Shown here: positions 18,797 to 28,904 of the stretch, piece by piece
Position numbering within the stretch: position 1 is the stretch's first letter
Layout of the letters: each line of letters opens with the position of its first letter
From: Candidatus Latescibacterota bacterium
Lineage (GTDB): Bacteria; Latescibacterota; UBA2968; UBA8231
NCBI GenBank assembly: GCA_965215195.1
Contig: CBDCDC010000002.1
Span: forward strand, 992,001-1,056,000
DNA length: 64,000 nt
Direction: 5' to 3'
Program-made: the position numbers and the translations under genes
Notes under the pieces: model-generated
Told to the model about the DNA's origin: nothing
Databases searched by the model: none
What the model saw: the letters and a program-made list of their open reading frames with translations, nothing else

Positions 18797-20755
18797 TTGC
18801 TAAGACGTTCTCCACCAGCGACAAAGGGATGTACGCCCAAGGCGCTGATCGTCGGGCTGCTCGGGGCCCTTTGCATCGGCCTCGGCTCAACCTACAACGA
18901 CATGATCGTCAAAGGCTCTGGGCTGGCCGTGTGGAACCTGACCCCGGCGGCGATCTTTCTCTTTTTCGTGCTAGTCGTCCTCTTAAACCCGCTCTTGCGG
19001 CTGCTGCATCCGCGCCTGCCCTTGCAGCGCGGCGAATTGGCCGTGGCCTTCTTCCTGATCCTGCTGGCCAACACCTTGTCGAGCCGCGGCCTGCCCGCGC
19101 AACTTTTGCCGGTCATCACTGGGGCCTATTACTACGCCACGCCGGAAAACGGTTGGGCCGCGATCGTCCAGCCCTATATGCCCGATTGGCCGGTGCCCCA
19201 AAGCCGCGACGCCATCTGGGGCTTTTACGAAGGCGACTCGACCGGGGCCGTGCCGTGGGCCATCTGGGCGGCCCCTCTGTTGTACTGGGCCGCGTTCGGC
19301 TTGGCCCTCTTTCTGGCCATGGTGTGCCTGATGGTGATTGTGCGCCGGCAATGGGTGGAGCACGAGCGTTTGGCCTATCCCATGGTCCAGCTCCCGTTGG
19401 CCATGATCGCCGACGACGGGCGCGGACGAGCCATCAAACCCCTATTCCGCAGCGGGTTGCTGTGGCTGGGGTTTGCCATCCCGTTTGTCCTAGGTTCGAT
19501 CAACGCCTTGCACAACTACTTTGTGGTTGTTCCCGCCGTCAGCATCTCGCTCGGTGGCTTGTCGATATTCCGCGGCGCAGTGTCGCTGGGCTTGAATCTA
19601 AACCTGTCGATGGTGGGCTTTTCCTATTTCGTACCGCAGAACATCGCCTTGGGCTTGGTCTTTTTTTACATCGTGAATGTGGTGCAGCGCGGGTTGTTGG
19701 GGATGCTGGCTTGGGGGGGCAAGGACGAGACCATGGGCGCGTACAGTCAGTACACCGACCCGATCATCATTCACCAAGCCATGGGCGGCATGATCGTCTT
19801 GGTCGCCGGGTCTTTGTGGGTGGGTCGGCACCACCTAGGGAACGTGCTGCGCAAGGCTTTGGGCCGCGCACCCGAGGTAGAAGACGCCGATGAAATTGCC
19901 TCCTATGGGGTGGCCGTGTGGGGGGCCGTGGCCAGCTTCCTAGTGATGGGCGTCTGGCTGTGGCAATCCGGCATTCCACTGCCCTTTGTTCCCCTGCTGC
20001 TGTTCGGCGCATTTGTCGGGTTTATGACCATTGCCCGCGTCGTCGCCCAAGGTGGGGTCGCGTCAATGTTTCCGCCGACCAATGGGCCGGACTTCGTCGT
20101 CGCCAATGTCGGGGGCACTGTGTTGGGCACGAAGGGCATGGCCGGCATGGCCCTGAGCTACGCTTGGAGCGTGGATACCTTGATCTTGCTGATGAGCGCC
20201 TGCGCCAATGGCCTAAAACTCGTCACCGAAATCAGCCTACCTCATCGCCGCCGCCTCTTTGGGGCCATCGTTGCGGTGATCGTCCTGACGCTGGGCTGCG
20301 TCGTCGCCTTAACCCTCTATCTAGGCTATCAGTACGGAGCCATTAATTTGTCGCGGTTTTACTTTGATAACGTCGCGCAATACCCCTATCGGTTCATGGA
20401 GAAGAGCATCCTCAATCCATTCGCGCCGCGGCCGAGTACTTGGATGCACATAGGCACTGGCGCGGCGATCATGGGCGGGTTGATGGCAGCCCAGCACCGG
20501 TTCCTGTGGTGGCCCTTCCACTCGCTCGGATTCCCGATTAGCTGCGTCTTCGGCTCAATGTGGTTCAGCGTGTTTGTCGCTTGGCTCCTCAAGAGCACGG
20601 TGCTCAAATACGGCGGGCTGACCTTGTTGAACCGCCTCAAACCCTTCTTTTTGGGGCTGATTCTAGGCGAGGCCGTCGTGGCCGGGACGTGGGTGCTCAT
20701 CGACTATGCAACCGGCATGCAAAACAATCATCTGGGCGGGATTGTGTTCCAGTGA
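18797..20755 (+). CDS. DUF6785/DUF6784 (OPT-like) multi-pass membrane protein
   Basis: VRRQWVEHERLAYPMVQLP, WWPFHSLGF, LKYGG...KPFFLGLILGE; start uncertain (TTG 18797 chosen; ORF open from 18659). Confidence 0.75.
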   Translation: MLRRSPPATKGCTPKALIVGLLGALCIGLGSTYNDMIVKGSGLAVWNLTPAAIFLFFVLVVLLNPLLRLLHPRLPLQRGELAVAFFLILLANTLSSRGLPAQLLPVITGAYYYATPENGWAAIVQPYMPDWPVPQSRDAIWGFYEGDSTGAVPWAIWAAPLLYWAAFGLALFLAMVCLMVIVRRQWVEHERLAYPMVQLPLAMIADDGRGRAIKPLFRSGLLWLGFAIPFVLGSINALHNYFVVVPAVSISLGGLSIFRGAVSLGLNLNLSMVGFSYFVPQNIALGLVFFYIVNVVQRGLLGMLAWGGKDETMGAYSQYTDPIIIHQAMGGMIVLVAGSLWVGRHHLGNVLRKALGRAPEVEDADEIASYGVAVWGAVASFLVMGVWLWQSGIPLPFVPLLLFGAFVGFMTIARVVAQGGVASMFPPTNGPDFVVANVGGTVLGTKGMAGMALSYAWSVDTLILLMSACANGLKLVTEISLPHRRRLFGAIVAVIVLTLGCVVALTLYLGYQYGAINLSRFYFDNVAQYPYRFMEKSILNPFAPRPSTWMHIGTGAAIMGGLMAAQHRFLWWPFHSLGFPISCVFGSMWFSVFVAWLLKSTVLKYGGLTLLNRLKPFFLGLILGEAVVAGTWVLIDYATGMQNNHLGGIVFQ

Positions 20756-20816
20756 GCTGCGCTTGAACGACGCCCTTAAAACGGCTATCTTTTCCATCTA
20801 AACAAAGGCCCAACCC

Positions 20817-21644
20817 ATGATGACGCCCGAGCAACGCTACTTCTTCGATTTGACCGGCTACCTTCACTTGCGCGGCGTGCTCACCCCAGAGGAGCTCGCG
20901 CCGGCGCAAGCGGCAGCCGCCCGCTACATCAACATGCCGCCGGCCGAGTGGCCGCCCGAATTCGGCGCGGACCTTGCACGCCGCGACCTCACCGGCTATC
21001 AGCACGGCTTTGCCTTTGACAAAAGCCTCGAAGTGCTCACCCGGCATCCTACTACTTGGCCCATCCTCATGGAACTCACCGACCGCCGGCCGCGCTTCAA
21101 CGGCGGCACCCTCGGCTACAACCGCCACGGCCACCGCTTCCACCGCCTGCACGCCGGGTGGCAGCCATCCAAGCGGCCCGATGTGCGGCGCTATTACGTC
21201 GAAGACGGCCAGGTCCGCTGCACCGATTTTATTTTCTTTTTTTATTTGAGCGATGTCTTGCCCGGCGATGGCGGCCTCATCGTCTTGCCCGGCTCGCACA
21301 AGGCCCACTTCGACCGGCCCGGAGGGATGTTTTACCCAGATGGCGACGCGGACTATGTCGCCGACACCGTGCCCCCGGGCGTCCACAATGTCTGCGCCCG
21401 CGCCGGCGATGTGGTCATCATGCCCGAGCACCTCATGCACGGTGCGCTCACCTGGAAGCCCCGCGACCGCGACCGCCGCTTCTTGATTCTGCGCTACAAC
21501 GTCCAGCACATGCTCACCGGCCAGCGCCGCCCCTTTCCCGAGGCCATCCGCCAGCGGCTCGACCCGGAGACGATTGACCTGCTCGAATTGGCCCCGTACT
21601 ACGAATACAAAGCCATCGTCAAGAAGCGCGAAAACATGGCCTAG
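20817..21644 (+). CDS. Phytanoyl-CoA dioxygenase family protein
   Basis: QRYFFDLTGYLHLRGVL, LHAG, GDGGLIVLPGSHK, AGDVVIMPEHLMHG. Confidence 0.85.
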   Translation: MMTPEQRYFFDLTGYLHLRGVLTPEELAPAQAAAARYINMPPAEWPPEFGADLARRDLTGYQHGFAFDKSLEVLTRHPTTWPILMELTDRRPRFNGGTLGYNRHGHRFHRLHAGWQPSKRPDVRRYYVEDGQVRCTDFIFFFYLSDVLPGDGGLIVLPGSHKAHFDRPGGMFYPDGDADYVADTVPPGVHNVCARAGDVVIMPEHLMHGALTWKPRDRDRRFLILRYNVQHMLTGQRRPFPEAIRQRLDPETIDLLELAPYYEYKAIVKKRENMA

Positions 21645-21724
21645 CCCCGGCTGCGTCACAAGGGTTGACAATGCCCTACTTTGCTTGAACATTCGCCTAG
21701 TCAAATCAAACCGAAGGGATAGTC

Positions 21725-22267
21725 ATGTGGAATAGGCGATTCACTGTCGATGTAGGGCGCGGGTGGGCCGATTTGCTCACGCCGATCAACTACTATCGCA
21801 TCCACTGCCGCGGCTTCCGGCTAGACGTGGTCGTGCAAACCGGGGCCGAGATTTTGCCGGGGGTCGTCATCTACCCCCAGATCATGGCCGTCTGTGGTCT
21901 CACCGTACAGACCCGGCGCGACCGCGACATCTATCGCGGGCCACCAAGCCTCGTAGCAGAGATTTTCCCACACGCCGAGCCGTCCTCCGACATAGTGGAA
22001 AAGTCGCAAGAGCTGTTGGCGGAAGCCGGCGTCATCGAGTACATCGCCTCCGGCGGCAGCGCGGGAAATACGACTTGGTTCCGGTTGGCCGATGGCCGCT
22101 ATCGGGAGGTTGCGCCAAGCGCAGATGGCTTCATTCGCAGCGCGGCCCTGCCGGGCTTCTGGATGGACCTAGCGGCGCAAAAAAGGGGCTTCTACCAGCG
22201 GGTATTCCATGGGATCCACAAGGGCATTGCGGCCGACCTCGACGAGAAGTATCAGGCACTAGCATGA
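21725..22267 (+). CDS. Uma2 (DUF820) family endonuclease-like protein, divergent
   Basis: YRGPPSLVAEI, AGVIEY, WFRLADGRY, DGFIRSAALPGFWMD. Confidence 0.7.
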   Translation: MWNRRFTVDVGRGWADLLTPINYYRIHCRGFRLDVVVQTGAEILPGVVIYPQIMAVCGLTVQTRRDRDIYRGPPSLVAEIFPHAEPSSDIVEKSQELLAEAGVIEYIASGGSAGNTTWFRLADGRYREVAPSADGFIRSAALPGFWMDLAAQKRGFYQRVFHGIHKGIAADLDEKYQALA

Positions 22268-23013
22268 CAGCACTCGACTTCCGCGCCCGCGTCCCGGTCT
22301 TTGACGCCAACATCGGCGTCGGCCACTGCCACGACCGGCCCGCGCCGTTTGCCGATGTGGCCGGCCTGCGGGCGGAAATGCAGCGCCACGGCGTGGAGCG
22401 CGGCCTGATCTACCACCGCCAAGGCGAAGCCATCAGTGCGATTGAGGGCAACGAGGCCCTGCGGGCTTGGCAAGGCCACGGACTCGTCCCCCAATGGGTG
22501 GCCGGGCCGAGCGCGGACTCTTTGGCGCAACTGCGCGGGCTCCACGCCACAGGCGAGGTCCGCAGCGTCCGCCTGCACAACATTGAGGCGTGCCGCGTCC
22601 CCTTTGCCGACTGGATCTACGGCGAGTTGCTCGCTTGGCTGGCGGCCGAGCGCATTCCTTTGTGGCTCTCGCTGGCCGACACTCCGGTCGCCGAAGTCGC
22701 GGAGACCTTGCGCCGCTTCCCGGATGTCCAAGTGGTGCTCCTCGGCGCTCACTACGTGCATTCCCTCGCCTTGCGCCCCCTGCTCCGGGCACTGCCCCAA
22801 GCCGCGCTGGAGCTGAGCCGCTTTGAGAATCTGGGCGGCATTGAGGCCCTGATCGGCGAATTTGGCGTGGAGCGCTTCCTCTACGGGTCCTATTATCCGC
22901 GCTACGCCATGGGGCCGATGCTCTTTTACCTGCACCACTTGGCCATTGACGACGACGCGCTCGCGGCTTTGACTGCGGGCAATCTAGAGCGCATTCTCGG
23001 AGGTGCCGCGTGA
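22264..23013 (+). CDS. Amidohydrolase family protein (degenerate metal site)
   Basis: VFDANIGVG in place of HxH; ERFLYGSYYP; GNLERIL; ATGA overlap with upstream stop. Confidence 0.8.
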   Translation: MTALDFRARVPVFDANIGVGHCHDRPAPFADVAGLRAEMQRHGVERGLIYHRQGEAISAIEGNEALRAWQGHGLVPQWVAGPSADSLAQLRGLHATGEVRSVRLHNIEACRVPFADWIYGELLAWLAAERIPLWLSLADTPVAEVAETLRRFPDVQVVLLGAHYVHSLALRPLLRALPQAALELSRFENLGGIEALIGEFGVERFLYGSYYPRYAMGPMLFYLHHLAIDDDALAALTAGNLERILGGAA

Positions 23014-23744
23014 TCATCGACTTTCACGGCCACGTAGGTCGCTGGGACGGGCTCGACATGGTCGATGACCCGGCCGAGATGCTGCGCGCCATGGATGCAG
23101 TGGGGATCGACAAGAGCTGCGTCTTCAACATCTTCCATCCCGACGGCAAACCCGGCAACGATCAGACAGCAGCTTTTGTCGCCCGCCACCCCGATCGCTT
23201 CATTGGCTTCGCTTACGTGGCTCCCACCTGCCCCAACACCGTGCGGCCCGAGCTAGAAAGGGCCATCGACGAACTCGGGTTCCGGGCGATCAAAATCTAC
23301 TCGCCCTATACGCCCTTTCCGCTCGACGACCCGGCTTGGGATCCAATCTACGAGTTTGCCGCTGGGCGCGGCCTCGCGGTCTTGGCGCACACCGGCGGCG
23401 AGGCAACGGCCGCGCCCGCCCAGTTTGGCCGTGCGGCCGCGCGCTTCCCCAACGCCCGCTTCGTGGCCGGCCACGCCGGCAACATTGAGCCGTATCGCGG
23501 CCAAGCCATTGCCGCGGCCCAGCGCTTGCCCAACTACTTCCTCGAAACCTGTTCGACCTTCCGCACCCCGGGCGTGGTCGAAGAGCTGGTCGCCAAGGCC
23601 GGGGCCGACCGCGTTCTCTTTGGCTCGGACACGCCTTTGATGGACCCCCGCCCCCAGCTCGGCAAGATCATTACCGCGGCCATTGACAGCGACGCCAAGC
23701 GCCTCATCCTCGGCGAGAACGCCCGGGGCCTGCTCGGGCTGTAA
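23010..23744 (+). CDS. Amidohydrolase family protein
   Basis: IDFHGHVG, IKI, LAHTG, AGHAG, RVLFGSDTP, ILGENARGL. Confidence 0.9.
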   Translation: MIIDFHGHVGRWDGLDMVDDPAEMLRAMDAVGIDKSCVFNIFHPDGKPGNDQTAAFVARHPDRFIGFAYVAPTCPNTVRPELERAIDELGFRAIKIYSPYTPFPLDDPAWDPIYEFAAGRGLAVLAHTGGEATAAPAQFGRAAARFPNARFVAGHAGNIEPYRGQAIAAAQRLPNYFLETCSTFRTPGVVEELVAKAGADRVLFGSDTPLMDPRPQLGKIITAAIDSDAKRLILGENARGLLGL

Positions 23745-23749
23745 GACGC

Positions 23750-23784
23750 AAAAAGCCCGCCTGCCACCAAGGCAAGCGGGCTTT
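23750..23784. terminator. Probable bidirectional intrinsic terminator
   Basis: aaaaagcccgcctgcc-acca-aggcaagcgggcttt hairpin between convergent genes. Confidence 0.75.
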
Positions 23785-23811
23785 GCTTTGCAAAGGGTGT
23801 GGAACCGGGTA

Positions 23812-24744
23812 TTACTGCTGGTACTGGTGCTTAATCCGGCCCCAGCTCTGCTCCTCAACCGCAGTCGCCTCGCCCCAATCAATGGTATTGTCCATGGGGG
23901 AGATGAGCAGGTCCTGCGAAGAGTGGCAACAGCTCGTCGGGGTCGTCGCCCACATGCCCACGCGGTTGTCGGCATCGCCGGCGCTGTCATCCACATCGCT
24001 GACGAAAATCGAAAAGCCGATCACCTCGCCCGCCGTCAAGTCGTGCTCAATCACCTGATCTTCGGTGATGTTCTCCTCGGTGGGCTTGGGATACGAATCA
24101 ATGGCAATCGTGCGGAACTCGTAGATATACGTGCTCTCGCCGTACTCCTCGCCCTCAAAGCTATAGGTGCAGTAGTACCAACGGCTGCCATTGGCCAACA
24201 GCGTCGGGTTTTCGACGTCGGCACTACTGACCGCAGCCGTTTGCAGGGCCGGACCGAAATTGCCGTTGAGCGGCGGGAACGCGAATGAGTACTTGTGGTG
24301 CGTCACCACGTCTTCGGGCTTGGGCAAGTAATCGTGCCGCGGGTTGAACTCGATCTCAATGCTGTCGTCCCACCAATAGGAACCCAAGTCTTGGCGGGTG
24401 ATCGTGTGTTTGTTGTCGAATACCTTGGTGGTCACGTACAGCTCGTTGCGCGAGTCGTTCCAGCCCAAGATGTGGCGGATCTGCATCGAAGCCGGGTCCA
24501 TGCCGCCGCGCGGCACGTCGTCGCCCGCAAAGCCATGCACCGAAAAGAGCCTCGAACTGGGAATGGCGTACACCTCGAGCGGCACGGCCGACCAATCGTC
24601 GTCAAAACCATCGATGTTCGGCACATGCGAATCCGGGAACTGCACGGCGAGGAAAAACTCGCCTGGGGGCTCGTGCGCCCCGGCGGATAGAGCAAAGGCC
24701 AATAGGGCAATGGCCGTCAGGCTACAGGTGAAAAGACGCTTCAT
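23812..24744 (-). CDS. Secreted DOMON/CBM9-like protein with C-terminal TAVEEQSWGRIK motif
   Basis: MKRLF signal peptide with aggagg RBS; PNIDGFDDDW; WDDSIEI; ends ATAVEEQSWGRIKHQYQQ. Confidence 0.75.
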   Translation of the reverse strand: MKRLFTCSLTAIALLAFALSAGAHEPPGEFFLAVQFPDSHVPNIDGFDDDWSAVPLEVYAIPSSRLFSVHGFAGDDVPRGGMDPASMQIRHILGWNDSRNELYVTTKVFDNKHTITRQDLGSYWWDDSIEIEFNPRHDYLPKPEDVVTHHKYSFAFPPLNGNFGPALQTAAVSSADVENPTLLANGSRWYYCTYSFEGEEYGESTYIYEFRTIAIDSYPKPTEENITEDQVIEHDLTAGEVIGFSIFVSDVDDSAGDADNRVGMWATTPTSCCHSSQDLLISPMDNTIDWGEATAVEEQSWGRIKHQYQQ

Positions 24745-24872
24745 GGCTACCTCCTTGGGTGAGTGGATGATGAACGATAAATTGCAAATGTAGTCTAATG
24801 ACTCGCCAAATACAACTATTGGGATTTCAGTCCCCCGAACATCCAAGAAGTTTCAAACGGACGCAGCATCAA

Positions 24873-27554
24873 CTATTGCAAGCCAGCGTAGAGCGTGACA
24901 AAGGTCTCGGTCGTGGTTGTGGCCTCGGCCTCGGCAAACGCCTTGCGCTCTACCACAAAGCCGGCCAACGCTTGGATGCGGTAGCCCAAATAGGCCGACT
25001 CGGTCGCCAACTGCAAAGCCCAGCTCAGGGAGTCGAAGTTCCCCATATCGCGGTCGAAGTCGTTGAACAGCGCGTACTCGACGCCGGCTTGTACCCGCGT
25101 GGCCTGCAATAATTGCGTTTCCAAAAGCAGCGAAAACAGCTCCATCAGGGTCTTGCGCTCCTCTTGGTCAAACAGCGACCGGCTCTGGTGCCGCCACTCG
25201 CTCTTCCAGCGCGGCACTAGCGTCAGCCCGCGCCAAGTGCGGCGATAGCTGGCCTTGTTGACCAAGCCTATAAAAAAGTCCGACGCACCGCGTTGCCGCG
25301 GCGCGAAGAAGACCCCGTGCAGCTTGCTCATCACCAACAGCGCGTCGCCGCTCAGGCTGTGGCCGACGAATAGCTGATGCACCCAAGCATCGCGCGCCAA
25401 CAGCGGATCGCCGAGGTGAACGAGCTGGCCACCGCGCAGGGTGTTGTCTGGCCGCCACTGCAAAATTGGATCGGGAATGTCGTCTTGCACCAACTGGCTC
25501 ATCTCGAAGAGCCGCACCCGACCCACCCGCGGCCACGCCCGCTCGTAGCCTAGCTGCAAATACGTGCTGTGGTTTTTGCGGTCTGCCGAAATCTGCTCCT
25601 CGCGCAGGGCCCCCACCTTGAGCTGCCAGTGCCGGCTCAGGGAGATGCCCCCATAGACGTTGAAGCCTTGTTGATCGCGGCGGTAGGGATAGTCCGGCTC
25701 GGTGTCGTTTTCGTATAGATCGACCCAGAAGTTGTGGTTCATATCCACGCCGAAGAGGAACTCCGGCCGATCGACCAAGAAGCGCAGGAACGGCTCCTCG
25801 TAATCTGGCACGGCGTTGGCCTTGACCCGGTTGTCGTTTTGGTTGAAGTCGGGCACCAAGTCGTTGTTGAGGTCCCAGCCGGGGAAGACCAAGCGGTCAT
25901 TCACTAAAAAGTCCGCACGGAATCCATCGGGAAAGCGGTCTTGATCGTCGTTGTCTTCCACCAAGTCAAAGCGGTTGCCCTGCCGGGCGTAATCGAGGCC
26001 CGAGGTGGTGGTGACAAAGGACTGGGTGTTGTAGCGCGGGTCAATCGAATACACCTCCCCGAACAGCGACAGCCGCCCCAAGTGCTTGCTCAGGTTTGCC
26101 ATCCACGCCGGTGCGCTGGGTCGGCCGCCAATGCCCGCCGAAGAGGTGTGCGTCTCCTCGGCGACATTGGGATACTTGCGGAAGCTCCAGCTCAGGTCGT
26201 ATTCGCCATACAGGTCGAAGCCGAGCACGTCTTCCACCTTGAGCGTGGCTCCGGCGACTGCTGTGGCCGTCGGCAGCCCGTAGGCAAAGCGGACCGTGCG
26301 CAGATTGGATATGTCCTGCACATTGCCCTCGGCCTGCGCCACCAGCAAGAAGACCGGGTCCTCCACATCCGCCCCGAATACGTCGCCCAAGCTGATGGAG
26401 CGCTCGCCCGTCTGACTAAACGAACTCGATGGCCGACCAACCGTTACAAAGCCGCCGCCCTCTCCCAACTGCTGGTCCGAACTCATCCAGATCTGGTAGT
26501 CGTTGGCCAGCACGAGGCGAAATTCCACCGCCACAATCTCGGACTTATCGGCCGCGGCGCGGTTGACAAACGACGCGCTGTCAAAGTCGTAGAGCAGACT
26601 GATTTGCCCGTCGCCATCGGCCGTGAGAAACCCCTGCCGCTCCAAGCCGCCGCTAGTTACCGGAGCAAAGCGAATGTCGCGGCCCGACTCCACTGTGCCG
26701 TCGCGGTAAGTGATAATCACGTCCGAGGCATCGGGGAAGAACGCAGCACCGCCGCGACCGTCTTCCGGCGAGTCGTCCCGCAATGCGATCGCGATCTGGG
26801 AGATAGTCGCGTTTTGCTGCTCGTTTAGCCCGCCTTTGTACAGGGTTTCTACGAGCTGATCCGACTCGCTGTTGGTCTGGTGGGCGTTGGCCGCGTGCAG
26901 GCCCAACTCCACGAAATCCCCTAGCTGGGCCGCAAACCGCCCTCCCACGAGGGACGTCGCGTCCGTAAAGCGGCTCTCCTCCTCCTGCAAGCCGCGCGGG
27001 CCGGTGATCAGGGAGTGGAGAAAGGTCAGTTGGTATTTGTCGGTGGCGAGGTCGATCTGCAAGCCGTTCAGGCGCGGCTTGGAAAACGACAGCGGCGTCA
27101 AGGTGGTCCGCAGGTTGTTGCTCGCCGTCAGGGCGTAGTGATATTGGCCCTTGTGATCGCCGGCGATGACCAGCTCGTTGAACCACTGGGCGAACCGCGC
27201 GGTCTTGAACAGGGAGCTACCGGCCTCCTGCGGCCGCGTCTGCGCCGTGTTGAAGATCAGCCAGCCTTGGGTCAGGTAGTTCCCGTACAGATCGTAGAAG
27301 TAATCGCCCTCCAAGTCGATGTTCACGTAGCGCTGATACGGCAGCCGTGCGCGGTTGGTGTACTCCCACTGCCGCCACGGGTATTCGGCGAACATCACCT
27401 GCGGCACGTACCAGCGCCGCAGGGCCGGGTCGAGGGCGTCGAGGTATACCTCTGGGCTTTGCGCTACCTCTCCACCATAGGCCCCGTCGGCAAGGGCGAG
27501 GCCGAGCCATGCGGCGCAGAGGAAGGCCAACGGCTGTCTTTTCGGACCGCTCAT
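24873..27554 (-). CDS. Conserved hypothetical exported, outer-membrane-like protein (paralogue of 59325-61982)
   Basis: Signal peptide; RRWYVPQ...WRQWEYTN...LEGDYFYDLYGN; acidic DNDDQD motifs; amphipathic beta-like C-terminus FVTLYAGLQ. Confidence 0.7.
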   Translation of the reverse strand: MSGPKRQPLAFLCAAWLGLALADGAYGGEVAQSPEVYLDALDPALRRWYVPQVMFAEYPWRQWEYTNRARLPYQRYVNIDLEGDYFYDLYGNYLTQGWLIFNTAQTRPQEAGSSLFKTARFAQWFNELVIAGDHKGQYHYALTASNNLRTTLTPLSFSKPRLNGLQIDLATDKYQLTFLHSLITGPRGLQEEESRFTDATSLVGGRFAAQLGDFVELGLHAANAHQTNSESDQLVETLYKGGLNEQQNATISQIAIALRDDSPEDGRGGAAFFPDASDVIITYRDGTVESGRDIRFAPVTSGGLERQGFLTADGDGQISLLYDFDSASFVNRAAADKSEIVAVEFRLVLANDYQIWMSSDQQLGEGGGFVTVGRPSSSFSQTGERSISLGDVFGADVEDPVFLLVAQAEGNVQDISNLRTVRFAYGLPTATAVAGATLKVEDVLGFDLYGEYDLSWSFRKYPNVAEETHTSSAGIGGRPSAPAWMANLSKHLGRLSLFGEVYSIDPRYNTQSFVTTTSGLDYARQGNRFDLVEDNDDQDRFPDGFRADFLVNDRLVFPGWDLNNDLVPDFNQNDNRVKANAVPDYEEPFLRFLVDRPEFLFGVDMNHNFWVDLYENDTEPDYPYRRDQQGFNVYGGISLSRHWQLKVGALREEQISADRKNHSTYLQLGYERAWPRVGRVRLFEMSQLVQDDIPDPILQWRPDNTLRGGQLVHLGDPLLARDAWVHQLFVGHSLSGDALLVMSKLHGVFFAPRQRGASDFFIGLVNKASYRRTWRGLTLVPRWKSEWRHQSRSLFDQEERKTLMELFSLLLETQLLQATRVQAGVEYALFNDFDRDMGNFDSLSWALQLATESAYLGYRIQALAGFVVERKAFAEAEATTTTETFVTLYAGLQ

Positions 27555-27607
27555 TGTGGCTGAATCCGCCGCACTGCAACCTTAAAATTGGTACGAGTAA
27601 TACAGCG

Positions 27608-28492
27608 CTACTCGTCGGCGTCTAGGAGGGACTGGAATGCCTCCAGACTCTCTACTTGGATCGCCGCCCGATGCAATGGCTTGAGCCGCTGCAAATCCTC
27701 AATGCCCCGGACGCGAGCGGCCAACGGGTCGGCCGCGCCGAGCGCAAAGCGGATCTCCAGCACGTCAAGCAACGCTTCAATGGCGCGTTCTCGGCCCCCT
27801 TGCTCAATGCCTTGTTGGGTCAGGTATTGGGCAACGGGTGATTCGCGGATCATATCCATTAGGCTCTCCTGAAAGAAAATGGCAGAAACGGTTTCTCGCG
27901 CATACACCAACCCGCTCAAAAGCGACATCCCGGCCAGACAATCGGCTTTGGTCGCCCGATCCAGCGGCTGCGCCTGCACCGTATGCACACACGTCTGCAG
28001 CCAATCCGCTGGCCGCCCTGTCGGCCGCATCAACGGCGCAAACGGCCGCAGCCCCACAGGCCCCGACTCGAGGATGCGCTGGCCGTCCAACTCGCTCAGC
28101 CGGATCACCTGGTACTCAATTAAGATGCGCTGGCCGGGACGATCCTGTAGATAATAGCCCGGATCGCCCCGGCCAGCCCCCGGCCGCAGGTAGATGACGC
28201 TGGACACCACCGGCAGGCCGTAGTGCTCAACGGCTCGCCCGATATAGCCGACCATCCGCCGCGCCATCGGCAGGGGCCTACTATCGGTGGTTTGAAACTC
28301 GGTGTGGACTAGGACCTCTTCGCCGCCGAGCTGCACCCGCAGCAAACTGTCGGTCTGCCTCGTCTTGACGGTGAGTTGCTCTGGGTCAATCCCTTCGACG
28401 ACTTCGACATCGTCGCGGCCGAGGGCAAAGCGGGCGAAATCGTCGGGGTAGTGCTGCATCAAATACCTAGAAACAATATCAAAGTCGGCCAT
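27608..28492 (-). CDS. Rpn family recombination-promoting nuclease / putative transposase
   Basis: RQTDSLLRV...LVHTEFQT (PD-(D/E)XK-like), RMVGY, VSSVIYL, C-terminal QQGIEQG...EIRF. Confidence 0.85.
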   Translation of the reverse strand: MADFDIVSRYLMQHYPDDFARFALGRDDVEVVEGIDPEQLTVKTRQTDSLLRVQLGGEEVLVHTEFQTTDSRPLPMARRMVGYIGRAVEHYGLPVVSSVIYLRPGAGRGDPGYYLQDRPGQRILIEYQVIRLSELDGQRILESGPVGLRPFAPLMRPTGRPADWLQTCVHTVQAQPLDRATKADCLAGMSLLSGLVYARETVSAIFFQESLMDMIRESPVAQYLTQQGIEQGGRERAIEALLDVLEIRFALGAADPLAARVRGIEDLQRLKPLHRAAIQVESLEAFQSLLDADE

Positions 28493-28635
28493 GGCCTACC
28501 AACGTTCCACGATAGGCACCGGGCTGTCAAGGCAGCATGTCCCACATAAAGGCCGCCGGGGTTGGAATCCAGTGGCTTTGGAATTAGGAACTGATGTACC
28601 GCACGGGCACTTTAGGTATAAGAGGCTGTTCACGC

Positions 28636-28893
28636 CTAAAGGCGAGATGAAGCAATAGCCCAGTGCTGTCCACAGAGTGCAAGCACCTGTTCGAGGTCGA
28701 TTCGGTTGGTGATCAGCAGGATTCGTTCGTCGTGGGTGAAGCGATGATACTCCAGATTCAAAGTCAATCCGTCATAGAGGTATGAATAAACATGATGCGG
28801 CTCCTGTGTTTAGGGTTTAGATGAAATCTTGGTTGATGACAAATAAACCTAAGTCAAGGCTGCACCACAACTTAGCTTACTGTCGTGTACTAA
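28636..28893 (-). mobile_element. IS4-like remnant (terminal repeat plus transposase fragment)
   Basis: End ttagtacacgaca (minus strand) resembles the MITE TIR; fragment ILLITNRIDLEQVLALCGQHWAI resembles the IS4 LLxTN...YxxRWxIE region. Confidence 0.55.
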
Positions 28894-28904
28894 AGGTGAT
28901 TCCA

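Noticed and set aside
21763-22263. N-terminal extension of the 416-aa amidohydrolase ORF
   Set aside because: It overlaps the Uma2-like gene out of frame; the real start is likely ATG 22264
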